A stretch of 64,000 bases of DNA from contig OZ199838.1 in NCBI GenBank assembly GCA_964304625.1, forward strand, positions 14,262,261 through 14,326,260. The letters run 5' to 3'. Shown here in pieces: positions 11,548 through 24,480 of the stretch; the first letter of the stretch is position 1, and each line of letters opens with the position of its first letter. Below the pieces are notes generated by a model. That model made no database searches. It saw nothing but the letters and a program-made list of their open reading frames with translations, and was not told the DNA's origin. The position numbers and the translations under genes are program-made. The DNA comes from Kudoa neothunni (lineage: Eukaryota; Animalia; Cnidaria).

Positions 11548-13738
11548 TCGGGAAGAAAAGAAAAAATAGTAAACTACGTAATTTAATTATAAATTCATGA
11601 ATGTAATTAAGTTTGTTGGTGTGTTGTCAATCATTGTTGTGTAATGTTTTCTATTTATCATAGAATTCAAAGATACTCGAAGTTCAATCCATGATTATAT
11701 GATCCTTATTTACGACTTACGAATTCGATGTTGTGTCTAAGATATCTATTAGTTATTTTTTCAACTTTGTAAGTAAATAATTTTATCATAAAACATTTAA
11801 TAATAACTAAGAAACTATCACAACAAGTGTGAAAAATACGCGGTTATATGTTAAAAATGTCAAAAATTAGGTGAATGAATTTTTATGGTAAAAAAGTTCT
11901 CAATAAAAATACGTAAACAGAAATATATAATATTGTGTGGTTATGGAGAAATTTGTTTTCGTGGCAATAGCTACTATCCTAAATTATTTTCTTCTTTATG
12001 CTATCTTATGAACGTTTTATAAAAGATGTTTTAAACATACTAAACAAATGCTAAAACTCAGGTTTACTTGCTCATATTTTTGATCTAGTATATCTGAAGT
12101 ATTTTCAACTATGATTTTAGAAAATTGCTCATAAAATAATATATTTAGAAAATTTTAATTAATTTATATATTTGTTTGTGTTTTTTATTTGATATTCTTT
12201 AATAAGACATCATTATTGGCAAAATATTTCTCTTACATAAATTAAGGTATAGCTCATTTACGCAATGTATCATTAATACAAAAAATAAATAAATAATCTT
12301 TAAACTTTGATGTAGATGCTTACTATTTTGTAGGTGGCATGAACAGTTCTTAGGTATAGTTGGAACGTTGTTTTTTACATTAGGTTTTATCTTTGTGGCT
12401 TGACGTTTTTGTGTCGTGAATCAAATCACGAGATCGAGTTACACATAGGGCATTAGCCAAAACATTCTGTTATAACTTGAGAGAACGAATTTTTATTGCG
12501 CACTTGAATTAAGAGGAATAAATGCGAAAACAATTTTTTGTTTAGATCCGTACAACAAATTTTCGTATAGGGATAGGAAAAAGGGAAAATGTATAGTTTG
12601 GTCCTATTTGGATTATTTCGAATTCGAAATTAGCCGAGTTTTAATTAAAAAATTTAAAATCATGTTACAAAATAGAACTAGAAGAAAATATTTACAATTG
12701 GATTTAACATTTTTGGCTTCAAGAGTATAACTCACTCAGTCGTCGCGATAAAATTTAGGTAGTGGCTATATCTCATGTACTTGATAATTCGGTTGCGCCT
12801 AGCCTATATCTCGGAGAATGAATACCTCTAAAACTATTGTGTATATTTTATTCATATTTTATATATTATCTAATATTTATTTAAATTAATTTTTCGTGAT
12901 TTATAGAAAAATTTGAAGAAGAATTAATTTTCAGTAATGCAACCATCTTGAGCCCATCAATATTCAAGTGAAATTATCATAATTTTTTTAAAAATTGGAA
13001 TAAAAAATCAATTCACAATTTATGAGTTATAAAAATTATTTAAAAATAACATTTATTCAAGAAAAAACTGTAAAAATATGAATAAAAAATAATTGTTTTA
13101 AATTTTTTAAATATTATGTATATCCTAGTTAATAGTACAAATTTACATAATTCATTATATAATCTTAAGTATAAAATTTGTTAAATACACAGGATTTCAA
13201 AATGAAATATTTTCAACCCGGTCACCAAAACTGCAGTTAGTTTAGAGCTGCTCTTAGGATTAAATAGTTCTATAATTGCTTAATATTGGTAGATATATAA
13301 AACGTGTAAATTTAGTCGTTGTAATTAAGTCCAACAAGGAGAAAGTACGCTATTGTGTTGGTGATTCGAAATCCTGTTCTTTTCCATTAAACTAAAATGT
13401 TTTATAAATTAAGTTTAATGTATTTACCTACCTATTCAATAAACTATAAGATATGAATACATTGGCTATTCTATAAATATCTTGAATAGATTCATTTGTT
13501 CTTAATCCGCCTATATATCCATGAAGAATATAAATTTATTTTTTGTACTACAACAAAGCCTTGGTCTTTAAAAAATAAATATTTTACTTTTGATTATTAT
13601 TATTATTAAATGAATTTTTAGGTGTGATAAAGAGCTTGCATACTAACTCTTTAAGATTTTATCATCGTACATTGAAGATTTATTTTTATTGTGTTTAATT
13701 ATTCCGAAAAAAGATTAATAGCGAAGAATTAATAAAAC

Positions 13739-15454
13739 ATGAGGTTATCGATTTTGTTTTTATTTTCAACAATTCTCACAACGAGTAATATATTGCTTAT
13801 TAACATTATTTAATTCCATTATGCATATTAAGTATGTTGTCACAAGTATTTCATCCGACAAATGGTACGTCCAATAGTAGTAGTTGAAGAAGTAATAACA
13901 AGATCAGAAAGTGATTCTCATTCAAAAATTTTAACACCAAATAGTCAGTTGGTTTTGATGAGATCCGAAGATGATGTTAATCTAAGTACTGGTGGTGCCG
14001 TTGCTGGTGAGGCCGGTGATGGAATTAGCCAACCCGAAACTGAAACTGGCGCTGTTGGTGAAGCTGAACCTGGTGTTGTTAATGGAGCCGAAACTGACGC
14101 TGATGGAGATGATGATGATGAGAGTAGTAGTGACTCTTCGGCTGATCCTACTTTAGCAACTGAGAATACAGAATCTACAACCACTGCCGCCCCTATTGAA
14201 ACCACAATAAACCCTGAAGATATACCTATAGTTGATCAAGAAATTTCCAAATACATGGATGAAATCACAATTCATTTAAAGGGAGATGAAAAAGAGGATT
14301 GCAAAATAGAACATTTGTTTAGAAATGGAGTAAAAGCAAAATTTAATGAGACTATGTGCCAGATAGCTGATGTGGCCACTGAAGTTGTATGCGAAGCCAA
14401 ATGTAATCAGAAAGTTGTGATTAAAGTCAATAGTGGAAGATTGGTACATTATTTCAGAATTACTGAAGGTACAAACCTCAATATATTAGCAGTTCCAGCC
14501 GGTAAATAAGAATGGTTAGTTGTTAAGCTTATTCTTTAACAGATATGCCCAGACGCCCTGAAACTAATGTAACTCTAAGTGAAGAAGAAGCCCGTTTCGG
14601 AGTTAATAATTTCTGCACGGACAATTACAGATGCCGAGTTAAAAGCACCCAGGGTGATAAAACTTTAGCTAAAGTAGAAAATAACAGCTGTGATCTGTAC
14701 AATATGACTATACCGATTCGTTACTCAACATCAAGTGCCTATTACTCCTACTGTGGAGCTAACCAAGCTAAAGTCATGTTTTATGCCAACAAGTCCTTTT
14801 ACAATAAAGATAACAAATACAAATATGTTCCCTTCACTGTTACTCAGTCAACTACGGCACAAACCAACTTCCCTCTAGAAGTGAAAAATCCCTACATGAA
14901 CAATGAAATCTGCAATTTCCAAATTAAAGGAGATTCCGGTGGCTACGCAGATAAATGTAGCCAAACTGGGAATAGCCAGGATGACAAATGCTACAAATAT
15001 TGTGGCGGAGCTACTACTTTAATAAAGTCAGGTGCATCCAGTCCTCTCAATGAATATACTGTCAAAATCACCACTAGACAAGGACATGAAGAATACAAAA
15101 TTAAAGGTACACGCTTAATGAATCTATGGTTCACAATTTTTAATAGATAAGAAAAATAAAGTTATGGTATCTGATATCACAACAACCTCAGCTAATTATA
15201 TAGTTAATGATCTGGAACCTAACAGCCATCTATGTTTCCCATCATTGGTACACGCGAAACTTCCTGGTATACCAATGACTGCAATATGCGGGGATGACAG
15301 AAATGTAATTTGCCCTACAACATGCACCACAAATACACCATTAAAACTTTTAACCCCCAACACAGCATATATACTTGAGATGATAATTGGCACTGCGAAA
15401 GATAATGAAGGCAAATACGTTGTTAACACATTTTTCGCCACAGGTATTCATATA

Positions 15455-15491
<37 letters not shown>

Positions 15492-16410
15492 TTAATATGA
15501 TTAGAAAAAATAAAATTCGATAACACAAAGGCATCGTTTTTCAATGACACAATGATTTTGACTCCAGGAGTAGAGAGTAATTATGAGCCATATCTCCCAA
15601 AAATGAAATGTTACGTGAGATACTCTCGATTTCAAAGACCAAGAAAGATAGTAGCAATCTGTTCTGATGGAAAACCATGTTGGGGTTTATGCTCCCAAAG
15701 ATTTGAAGTGGTGAATTTGCCAGTAAACGTCACATTAAATATTGAGTTGGTTCACGCTGGTCATATTGATTATCCAGTTTATCAAGTGTCGCAATTATTA
15801 AGTGAATAAATATTAATGTGGTAACATTAAACTACGACCTTTTAGGACCAAATAATAATAAAGCTAAATCAGAAATAACTTTCAATTATGACGAAAAGAA
15901 ATTAACAATCATACCAGACGAAAATCAACCAGGGAATTTATGTAATGTGGTTATTTACGCAGTCAATCCTAAAGATTCCAATGATAAATTCTTATTTGAG
16001 AAAATAGGAAAACCAACTGATCAAGATATTGATTGTGCAAGCTCCGTTGTATTTGACAATATAGATATAAATTACAGTTATCAGTTATTGTCTGGTGATG
16101 GACAGTCTGCAGAACTTATTGAAGAAATTGAAGTTGGAAGTAAATTATCATGTTATTTTTTTATTGTTATATAATTTTGTATAGAACAAGGATCTGGGTA
16201 ACAATAATAATTATATTAATTTTGAATTTTTACTATTTATTTTTTATTTATATAGTGGTTGGATGAAGAAGAACTGGTGGATGTAATTTTCATATGAAAA
16301 TACATTACAAAATTTCATAATTCTTTTTATTTAGTATCTTCGCAGTATTAGGTGCTTTGGGTGTGGTTATTGGTGCAGTGGCCTATGTGGCGAATAAATC
16401 TAGTGATTGA
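13739..16410 (+). CDS. Orphan type I membrane surface protein, copy B (9 exons, ~760 aa)
   Basis: Same exon structure as copy A; identical protein except for the patch encoded at ~14847-15245 and one S>P change at 15848. Confidence 0.85.
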
Positions 16411-17561
16411 ACCTCCCTCTTCTTTCTACTAGGAAAAACATGATTTTATTTTTTATGAAACGACAGATATTATTAGCCTTTTTATAAAAAAATTTATTTT
16501 GTCGATAAGTGGTGTCTACCAATTTTTTGAAAATTAGAATTAAATTAGTTTCTTCTTTATGTTATTTTTTGAGTATATTATAAAAGATGTTTGAAAACAT
16601 AATAAAGCAATGCTAAAACTCAGGTTTACTCGTTACTGTTTTTTGATTTAATTTATTTGAAGGATTTCCTATTAATATTTTAGAAAACATATCATAAAAT
16701 TATATGTTTGGATAAATTTAATTAATTTATACCTTTATTCGCGTTCCTTATATAATATCATTTAATAAGACATCCTTATTGGAAAAATGAGTCTCATACA
16801 AATTAAGGTATAGCTCATTTACGCAATGTATCATTAATACAAAAAATAAATAAATAATGTTTAAACTTTGATGTAGATGCTTACTATTTTGTAGGTGGCA
16901 TGAACAGTTCTTAGGTATAGTTGGAACGTTGTTTTTACATTAGGTTTTATCTTTGTGGCTTGACGTACTTATTACAAAAACAATTTTTTATTTAGCTACG
17001 TACAAAAAGATTTTCGTATAGGGAGAAGGGAAATTGCATAGTTTGATCCCATGTTGGTTGCTTTGTATTCGATATTATAAAACTTTTAATTATAAAATTT
17101 AAAATCTAGTTATAAAATAGAACCAGAATAAAATAATTACAACCAGATTTAACATGTTAGACTTGAAGAATATCACCCTCTGGTTGCGATCAAATTTAAA
17201 CAAGAAATAAACACCAAAATCAGATTTTGACGAACGTTGGATATCATTATAAGATGCATCATATTTTTTTAAGTAAGATAAATTTTCATAATGTAACTGA
17301 TGGAATAAAATGAATTGATACCGAAGAACGAATGGCAATATTTATCGTATGCAAGAAAAATACGATTGGAGATATGTTTATAACATTGATTAATCTGCAT
17401 TGTTTTAGCAGAAAAAGATTGAACATATTTTTAGTTTCAATTTTATGATTATTAAATGGCAAGTATGCCACGTTTAGGGTATTCAGATTTAGATTTAAAT
17501 CGTCGAATTTATCAGGATGGTTGGACGTTTTTTTCGAATTATTTCGGAATGGGCGCCTTAA

Positions 17562-18372
17562 CCCTTAATAGGCGACCTTGGTCTTCACGAGCCCATCTAA
17601 GTAGTAAATTGAGCATAATACATTCAAAAAATGTGGTTTTAATTTTTTTCATGTAAATTGTTAAAATTTTATTCTATATCTAGTTGTAAATTTTCAATGA
17701 ATTCGAAATTTTTTATTTTAAGCGGATGTTCACCAAAAAAGGATTATGACAATAGCAATATGCTTTATTATCTTTAAAGGTTAATCCCACAATTTCGCAA
17801 CAAGTGTATCAGTGTCATGTTTGAATTTCCCAAATCAATTATCTACAGACAAATTATTGACATGGCTGTGTTTAATTCATTTATAGTGTTTTCAAGGAAT
17901 GTTGGAACATTTAAAAGACAAAACTAATCGACGACAATAATTTTTAATGGATTTATTCGTTTCTTTGATTGTAAGACACCTGAAATGAAGATCTGAAGAC
18001 CAAAAAATTGGACGTCAACCAGCATATAAGCGTTCTCTTAGGGCAGTTGGATTTAAATTCAATGAGAATAATTCGTCATTTACGGAAAATAACAATATAA
18101 ATGATCGGAAACGATGTAGTTTGTGTCCTGCAGTTATCATAAAGCGGGACCAACATGTATGCAATTGGTGTAACAAAAGTATATGTAACGAGTATTAAGT
18201 AAAAATTTGTTACCTGTTTGAGTGTCCACCAAAATAAATTATTTATTGTATATCACATTTTTTATCACGCAGTAACGTATTAAAGTAAGCAAATACAGCT
18301 TAAAATATAATCCAATAAATGATAGGAAGTAATCCGGGTGGGCTCGTCGAGCCCGAGGTCACCTATTAAGGG
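17562..18372 (+). mobile_element. piggyBac internal-deletion derivative (811 bp)
   Basis: TTAA on both sides. TIRs CCCTTAATAGGCGACCTTGG and CCCTTAATAGGTGACCTCGG (revcomp). Retains a relic C-terminal Cys-rich domain RKRCSLCP...CNWCNKSICNEY at ~18106-18195. Confidence 0.85.
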
Positions 18373-18991
18373 TTAAGCATGTTATATTTTGTGCATATTT
18401 GTCAGAATTTCATCTACATGAAAAAAGCATTATCTACCGACCGACATAATAAAATTAGTTGAGGGGTTCGCGAAATTACACAAAATATAATATACCAGGT
18501 TTTACAACAAAATAATAGAAAGATGGACGCGTGAATCCAATGATTGGCCGTTAAGGATTAATTGTTATAACTATAAAATTCAACGCACATGTCTAATAAA
18601 GCGAACCATCGACTAAGGATTAAACACACGTACCATTTCCACCCCAAAGGAAATTATATACGAAATGGTTCATTACTCCAACTTAAACTAATTATCAGGC
18701 AAAGAGTAACGAAGTGTTGAAACCCTCAGATTGATTTCTATATTTTCATAAATAGTAATACAGTACAACCTTGGAGGTCGACCAAAAATTTTGAGTCAGA
18801 AACACGCTTGAATTCGAACACATATAGAAAGGATATTCGTAACAAAAATTTAGTTAGAGCGAAAACAGAGAAGAAAAGTAATTCTAATAGAAGAATCGCT
18901 CAATTAAATTGTGCGATTCTCATCGAGAGATGAACTTTTATAATTTTTCGTATGTCAACCAAAAAATATTAACCTATATTTCATTTTTATA

Positions 18992-19532
18992 CAGTCGAAC
19001 CTCGGTCGGTAACCGGAAACCGGAAGAACTATTTGGTCATATTTCCGGATAAAAGTAGCACCCATCATCGTACGGCATATATAATGTAGCATCATATATA
19101 TCAATGCACTATTTAATACAAAAATATTTTTAGGTTATTTATCAATAAATTTTTCGTTTAAAACTGAAGTTAAGCATCCAGTTCTTATATAAATTTGTGC
19201 TATATCTGAACGTATGCCTTTGTGTATATTAAAAATACATTAATTACAGATTATTAAAAAAAGCAGATTACTCCTCTGCAGACATGAAAAAACAGCCATA
19301 TTATGTCCTGTTTTTCCTTTGTCTTCATATTCTTAGTTAATAGATATGTCAATATTTTTAATTTAAGCGACAGAATTTAAAATATTTTACTTAATAAATA
19401 TTAAAAATTGCGTATTAATCAAGTAAACAATCCTTTAAATATTAATTTTAAAATAACGCGCGCACACAAGACGTTGTTTAAATTCGATTAACCTGGACTT
19501 CGCTATCCGGAAGGACAATCGAGATTTAACTG
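18992..19532. mobile_element. pogo/Tigger-like MITE
   Basis: TA|CAGTCGAACCTCG ... CGAGATTTAACTG|TA imperfect TIRs with TA flanks. Confidence 0.5.
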
Positions 19533-19898
19533 TATTTAGTATGTAGTTGTCACATTTTATAAAAACAAGATATGAAAGTTTCTTCAAAAATGAGAATAAA
19601 AACGGTCCTTCATTCGATGCGCGTTAACGGACTAAACCAATTTGCGTCATTTTCCACAAGAAAAATTATTTGTAGTTCGAACGCATTTCTGGAACTGGTT
19701 ATGGTCGAAGTCCGAGGTTGCACTAAATTAGATGAGAGAGGATTCTCGCAATTTCTAATTAGCAAGCTTTGATGTATAAATAGACTCAAACAAGCGCAGA
19801 AAAACAAATTTAAGCTCACAATTTAAACAAATGATTGCGCATACAAAAAACACCACATAAATGCTACTATAATAGAATTTAAACAAAATCAAACGTTT

Positions 19899-20593
19899 CT
19901 ACTTAGCCTAAATACAATGTGTGATAAAAACCAAGTCATCAACAATTAATTATATACTGGGCACACCAATTCACCTTCATTGATTTGCTTAATAATTTCT
20001 CTTGGAGTGGAGCCTTCTACACTACATCCAATAGATTGGCAGGTACCTAGGATCTCTTTGACAGTTCCTTTCAGCTCTTTAGCCATAGATCTGGTTGACA
20101 TCTTTCTGGCGATTTCAACAACCTAAAATAATGTTCACATTACGTATGATATTCAATCAAATGGATAAATTTCAAACTTGGTTGAAAGTGAGATTTCCAG
20201 TGTGTTGTACATTCTTTTGCTTCTTTCTGTCTCTGACTGGAGTTTTCAAAGCACGCAAAATCAAATATGAAGAGGTTTCAATGAGAGTGACTGTAGCTTG
20301 TCTGTTTTGGATTTTCAGTTGTACAGTGACTTTGGAACCTTTGGCTGCTTTGGTTTGGTTTGCGATTTCTTCAGCGACCTTTTTTGGTGGCTAAATTAAA
20401 CCTTAGTGTATAGTTCTTATAACACGGGAAAGCATACCACACCAAAAGCACCCAACTTAGGACCAAGACTGGAAGCGACTGAAGGCTCTCCGCCAACACA
20501 TTTCAGTGTAACTAAAATCCATTTTTAAACCCCCATTCAGGTGGATTTTATCTCACTATAGTCAACTCTATTTGGATCTAACTTTGGAGGCAT
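19899..20593 (-). CDS. RPL12: 60S ribosomal protein L12 (uL11), spliced
   Basis: Minus-strand translation: MPPKLDPN..LKCVGGEPSVASSLGPKLG..PPKKVAEEIAK..VTVQLKIQNRQA..RDRKKQKNVQHTGNLTFNQ..RSMAKELKGTVKEILGTCQSIGC..CP. The last exon is probably AK* (19899-19907); the alternative unspliced stop is at 19946. Confidence 0.95.
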
Positions 20594-21752
20594 CACGTAA
20601 CCACGGTAGAAAGCACGTTTGTCTGTCGAGTTTTGGCGAAGATATCCGACCCGAGTGTTAGATGTTTTAATAATTATTGGTGACTTGGATAGATTTTTAA
20701 AACATATTAATCCAATTATTAAAAATAATTATCCAAGATATGTCAATAATTTCATATTTTTGTTGTCTGTCTAATCGATGGATCTTTGTAGGAATTAATG
20801 CTTATAGTGTTTCAGCTCTTTAATATTTCTATCGTTGATCCACTTTTTGATTTCTTGGACAATTTATTAAATGTCGTTCTACAATATTTTAGTTCTTAAA
20901 AGTGCTATAAAATGAAGTCTACTCGAACTGCTATCAGACCTATCTGATCCCACCAGTTTTTGCCTGAACGCTTTCGTCAAGTATTCAAATCATTTAAAAA
21001 CTCAATAAGAAACTATGGTCTAATACATACATGCCCAGGCACGAATTCACAACTTGAATCAAACGTTTTATCTCATTGCGTAGGCCAACAGCATAAACAA
21101 AATAAATTTTACCAAAATGTAACATTAAAATAAGGAAATAATCTTCCAAATAAACTAAATAAAAAGTGCATTTACTTATGAATTGATTTCTTCAGATAAT
21201 TTACGCTGTTCTTTACACGAAAAACAAATTGTAATACAAACAAATCCTTTAGTATTATTTATTACAGATTAAAGATATAATTTTATCTATTTTTAATTGT
21301 TCGCATGAAGTAAATCTACAACAACAAACTTCCACAGACTAAACACATGAGAGATTTTGTCTAAAGAATTACGCCATGGGACTACGAATGGATTTCAGCT
21401 TAACCGATTGTGTACGAATTATTTCGTTTCCTAAAAAATTTCATAAATAACCTTGAACCAACACATAACACTAAACATTGTTTAAATACATTTATATCAC
21501 TAAGCACATAATTAGAATGGATTCATATTGTGAAAAATTCAGCATAATATCTAAGGATTCGTATTCGTAATATGAAGCAATTTGAAGCTCCTTTAGATTA
21601 CTACTGAATGATTAAATTAAAAAATGCTATTGTGCTATGAGTATTAATTGAAAAATTTATTACTGAAACCTATCAGAAAATGAAGTCAAACTGTGATTTA
21701 GCAGGAATGAAGTTCGCGTGACTTCGTATAGCCGAAGGTATACTGTGGCATA

Positions 21753-23470
21753 ATGGCATCGAAGATAGGGCATGGCGTCATTCCAGAAGAACTTGACTAC
21801 GATGAGGCAGGAATTTCTACCGAAATCAACGAAACTTCCAAGGCAGATGATGCAACCCAACTCAAAGGGTCCTATTCCAGCATCCACAGTTGTGGTTTTA
21901 AAGACTTTTTGTTAAAGCCCGAACTGTTACGTGCTATTATGGACTGTGGTTTCGAGCATCCCTCAGAAGGTGTATAATTTTGCTTTGAATTATCCATTTC
22001 CATCTTGGAATTTACTACTGAGAACTTCTTCTAATGCTATTCTATGTATACAACAGTGCAACATCAGTGTATTCCACAAGCGGTACTCGGAGTGGATATC
22101 ATCTCACAAGCAAAGAGTGGTATGGGAAAGACTGCTGTGTTTGTTTTGGCAACTCTACAACAGTTGGAACCCGTTGATGGTCAAGTTAGTGTGTTGGTGC
22201 TGTGTCATGTTCGCGAGTTGGCATTTCAAATTCAAAAAGAATATGAACGATTTTCACGCCACTTTGTCAATATACGTTCGGCTGTGTTCTTTGGAGGAGT
22301 TTCCATCAAACAAGATGAAAAAACTTTAAAGACCAACCCACCTCACATAGTTGTTGGAACACCCGGTCGTATACTTGCTTTGGTGCGGTCGAAAGCGCTC
22401 AACCTGAAAAATGTGAAACATTTCATTATTGATGAGTGCGACAAAGTTTTGGAGAAAGCTGGTATTTGTCGCCGAACTGCTGTTGGCTGGTTGGCGACCC
22501 TTGTGTAATGGCTGATTTGTAGATATGCGAGAAGATGTTCAAGAGATATTCAAGGCTACTCCCCGTCAAAAGCAAGTGATGATGTTTAGCGCCACTCTAA
22601 ATGATGAGATCCGACCCACTTGCAAACTATTTATGCATAATGTAAGTGTCCATTTTTGCAATCAACAATATTATTCAATGTGCCCTCTGTGATAATGTGG
22701 ACGATTGTTGATGTTGTACCTGAAATGCTCTCAATAAGTTAATGTAATGATAGCCGGTGGAATTGTACATCGATGATCAAACCAAACTGACCCTTCATGG
22801 ATTACGCCAACACTACGTTAAGGTGAGAGATAACGAAAAGAATAGAAAACTTATTGATATCTTGGATTCTTTGGAGTACAACCAAGTAATCATTTTTGTC
22901 AAATCCGTTCCTCGTTGTGTTGCGCTTGCTGATCTACTGAATGAGCAATCTTTCCCCTGTATTGCTATTCATTCGTCAATGCCACAAGAAGATAGGTAAC
23001 TCTTTTGTGACTTTGTTCGACTATTTTATTATTGATATTGATTCGTTGCTTATTGGTAGATTGGAGAAGTACGCCGAGTTCAAAAATTTCAAAGCACGAA
23101 TTCTTGTCTCAACCAATCTTTTTGGTCGTGGAATCGACATTGAACGGGTCAATATCGTCATCAATTACGATATTCCTGAAAGCACTGACACCTACCTTCA
23201 CAGAGTAGATAAACTTTATTGGAAATGATTTAATTGTTGTAGGTTGCTCGTGCAGGTCGTTTTGGAACCAAGGGTCTTGCTGTCTCGTTCGTTACTGACA
23301 AAGAAGATGCTAAACTGATGAATTCCATCCAAGATCGTTTCGATGTGTCTATTACTGCGCTACCTGATGACATCGACCCCAATCTTTACAGTATGATTGC
23401 TATTTTATTTTTTCAGTTCTTTACTGATTTATTTTTTTTATTTCTAGTCGAACACGATGATAAGAATTGA
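21753..23470 (+). CDS. DDX39B: DECD-box RNA helicase UAP56/DDX39, spliced
   Basis: [50 protein letters not shown] and [13 protein letters not shown] motifs. Introns include 21970-22056, 22462-22522 and 22642-22753. Ends ...IEHDDKN*. Confidence 0.97.
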
Positions 23471-23638
23471 ATGAGCTCGTTTTACACTGTATCCCCCCTT
23501 TCAAATCACCAGACTAGCATAAAACATGAATTAATCTTGAATTTATTATTTAGTCCTAGTCTTCTGTTCATATTTAACGCGTGTTTGATTGTTTTATTAC
23601 GAAGTCCTTTTTTTTCGAAATCATTAACTTTGTTGTGA

Positions 23639-24480
23639 CTAGTGAGTTATGGTTGTTTGTGTGTAACATTTTTCCCGTCGAGAGTGACTGATTTTTTTTA
23701 CATTTTTCGGCCAACTAACGTTCTTTGTCTTCCTCGTTAACTTGAGGGTTATTGCAGATGTCCACAAAGCCTGGTACGCTATTAACAATTTCTGTTCCGT
23801 TACGAACGCTAAAATAAGTGCCAAATTTCTGTTTTTCTAAATAAATAAATTCCTCAAAAATTTTAATGTATAGGTTATAAATTAAAACTGTTTTTTAGTT
23901 ACCGGTATTTGTGTCGGAATCAACGTTGCAAACCGAGCTGAGGACAGTTCGCCCAGTGGTGCGGTGACAGGATTCAATACCTGGAGGTACTCGCTTCGAT
24001 TCCCGCTACTGATCAGTCCACTGTTTCCATACGATTGGGTCCCTATCCTGTATTGGGAGATGTTGTTAGAATGTGATTGTACCATAAGTGTGATTTCGCC
24101 TGCAATTAAGGTTCGATCTAGCCGAGGAGGTTGAATTAGACATTTGAATCGTCGGGAATGAACTAATATGCTTGAAATCTCTGTAGAGCCAAAGTCTTTA
24201 TGGATAGGGTTTGGGGTAGTGGTTGCCCTGAAACGAGAATGTTTAGTGAGTTAAAATATCACACCACCGCAGAAGGATAAGGGCCGGGGTTAGATGTTAC
24301 TAACCCGGAGGTGCCTACAGCGTTAGTAGAGATGGTCTAACCAACCATAACTCCACAACCTAATAAATTACAACAAGAGATTTACCTTGTAAAAAACCTT
24401 GCTAACCGTTTCAGATATGGGACAAATAAGACTATTTTGTGCAGGTCTGTCAGATTTTTACAATCTTTCTTCAAACAATT
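23639..24480 (-). other. Possible spliced gene or transcript of unknown function
   Basis: GC-richer blocks separated by short AT-rich GT..AG segments. The 3' blocks join in frame (ORFs 23882-24085 and 23639-23824), but the upstream blocks contain stops. No recognisable homology. Confidence 0.3.

Larger units (their letters stand above)
5410..11979 (+). mobile_element. Degenerate MULE DNA transposon containing a nested Gypsy element
   Basis: Flanked by the direct repeat TAAATTAT (5402-5409 and 11980-11987); the paralogous site at ~16541-16550 is empty. Termini GGGCTGTCTATTGCCGCG (5450) and revcomp GGATAGTAGCTATTGCCACG (11979) resemble the 1338 terminus. The relic LLCVDAT*KLLGSR at ~6692-6733 matches the motif at 1-65. 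Confidence 0.65.

Noticed and set aside
2231-16434. The duplication as a simple assembly or haplotype artefact
   Set aside because: The flanks are homologous but heavily diverged, one copy carries a TSD-flanked insertion, and the internal patch differs by dozens of codons. Long-read confirmation is still advisable.
20095-20394. 99-aa plus-strand ORF
   Set aside because: It is antisense to RPL12 exons.
20680-21400. Possible gene between RPL12 and DDX39
   Set aside because: No consistent spliced ORF could be built; all frames have stops.
23940-24320. SRP (7SL) RNA or telomerase RNA candidate (CTGATCAGTAGCGGGAATCG; CTAACCC)
   Set aside because: No convincing SRP helix 8 or Alu domain, and no full CTAACCCTAA template. 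The short matches are probably chance.
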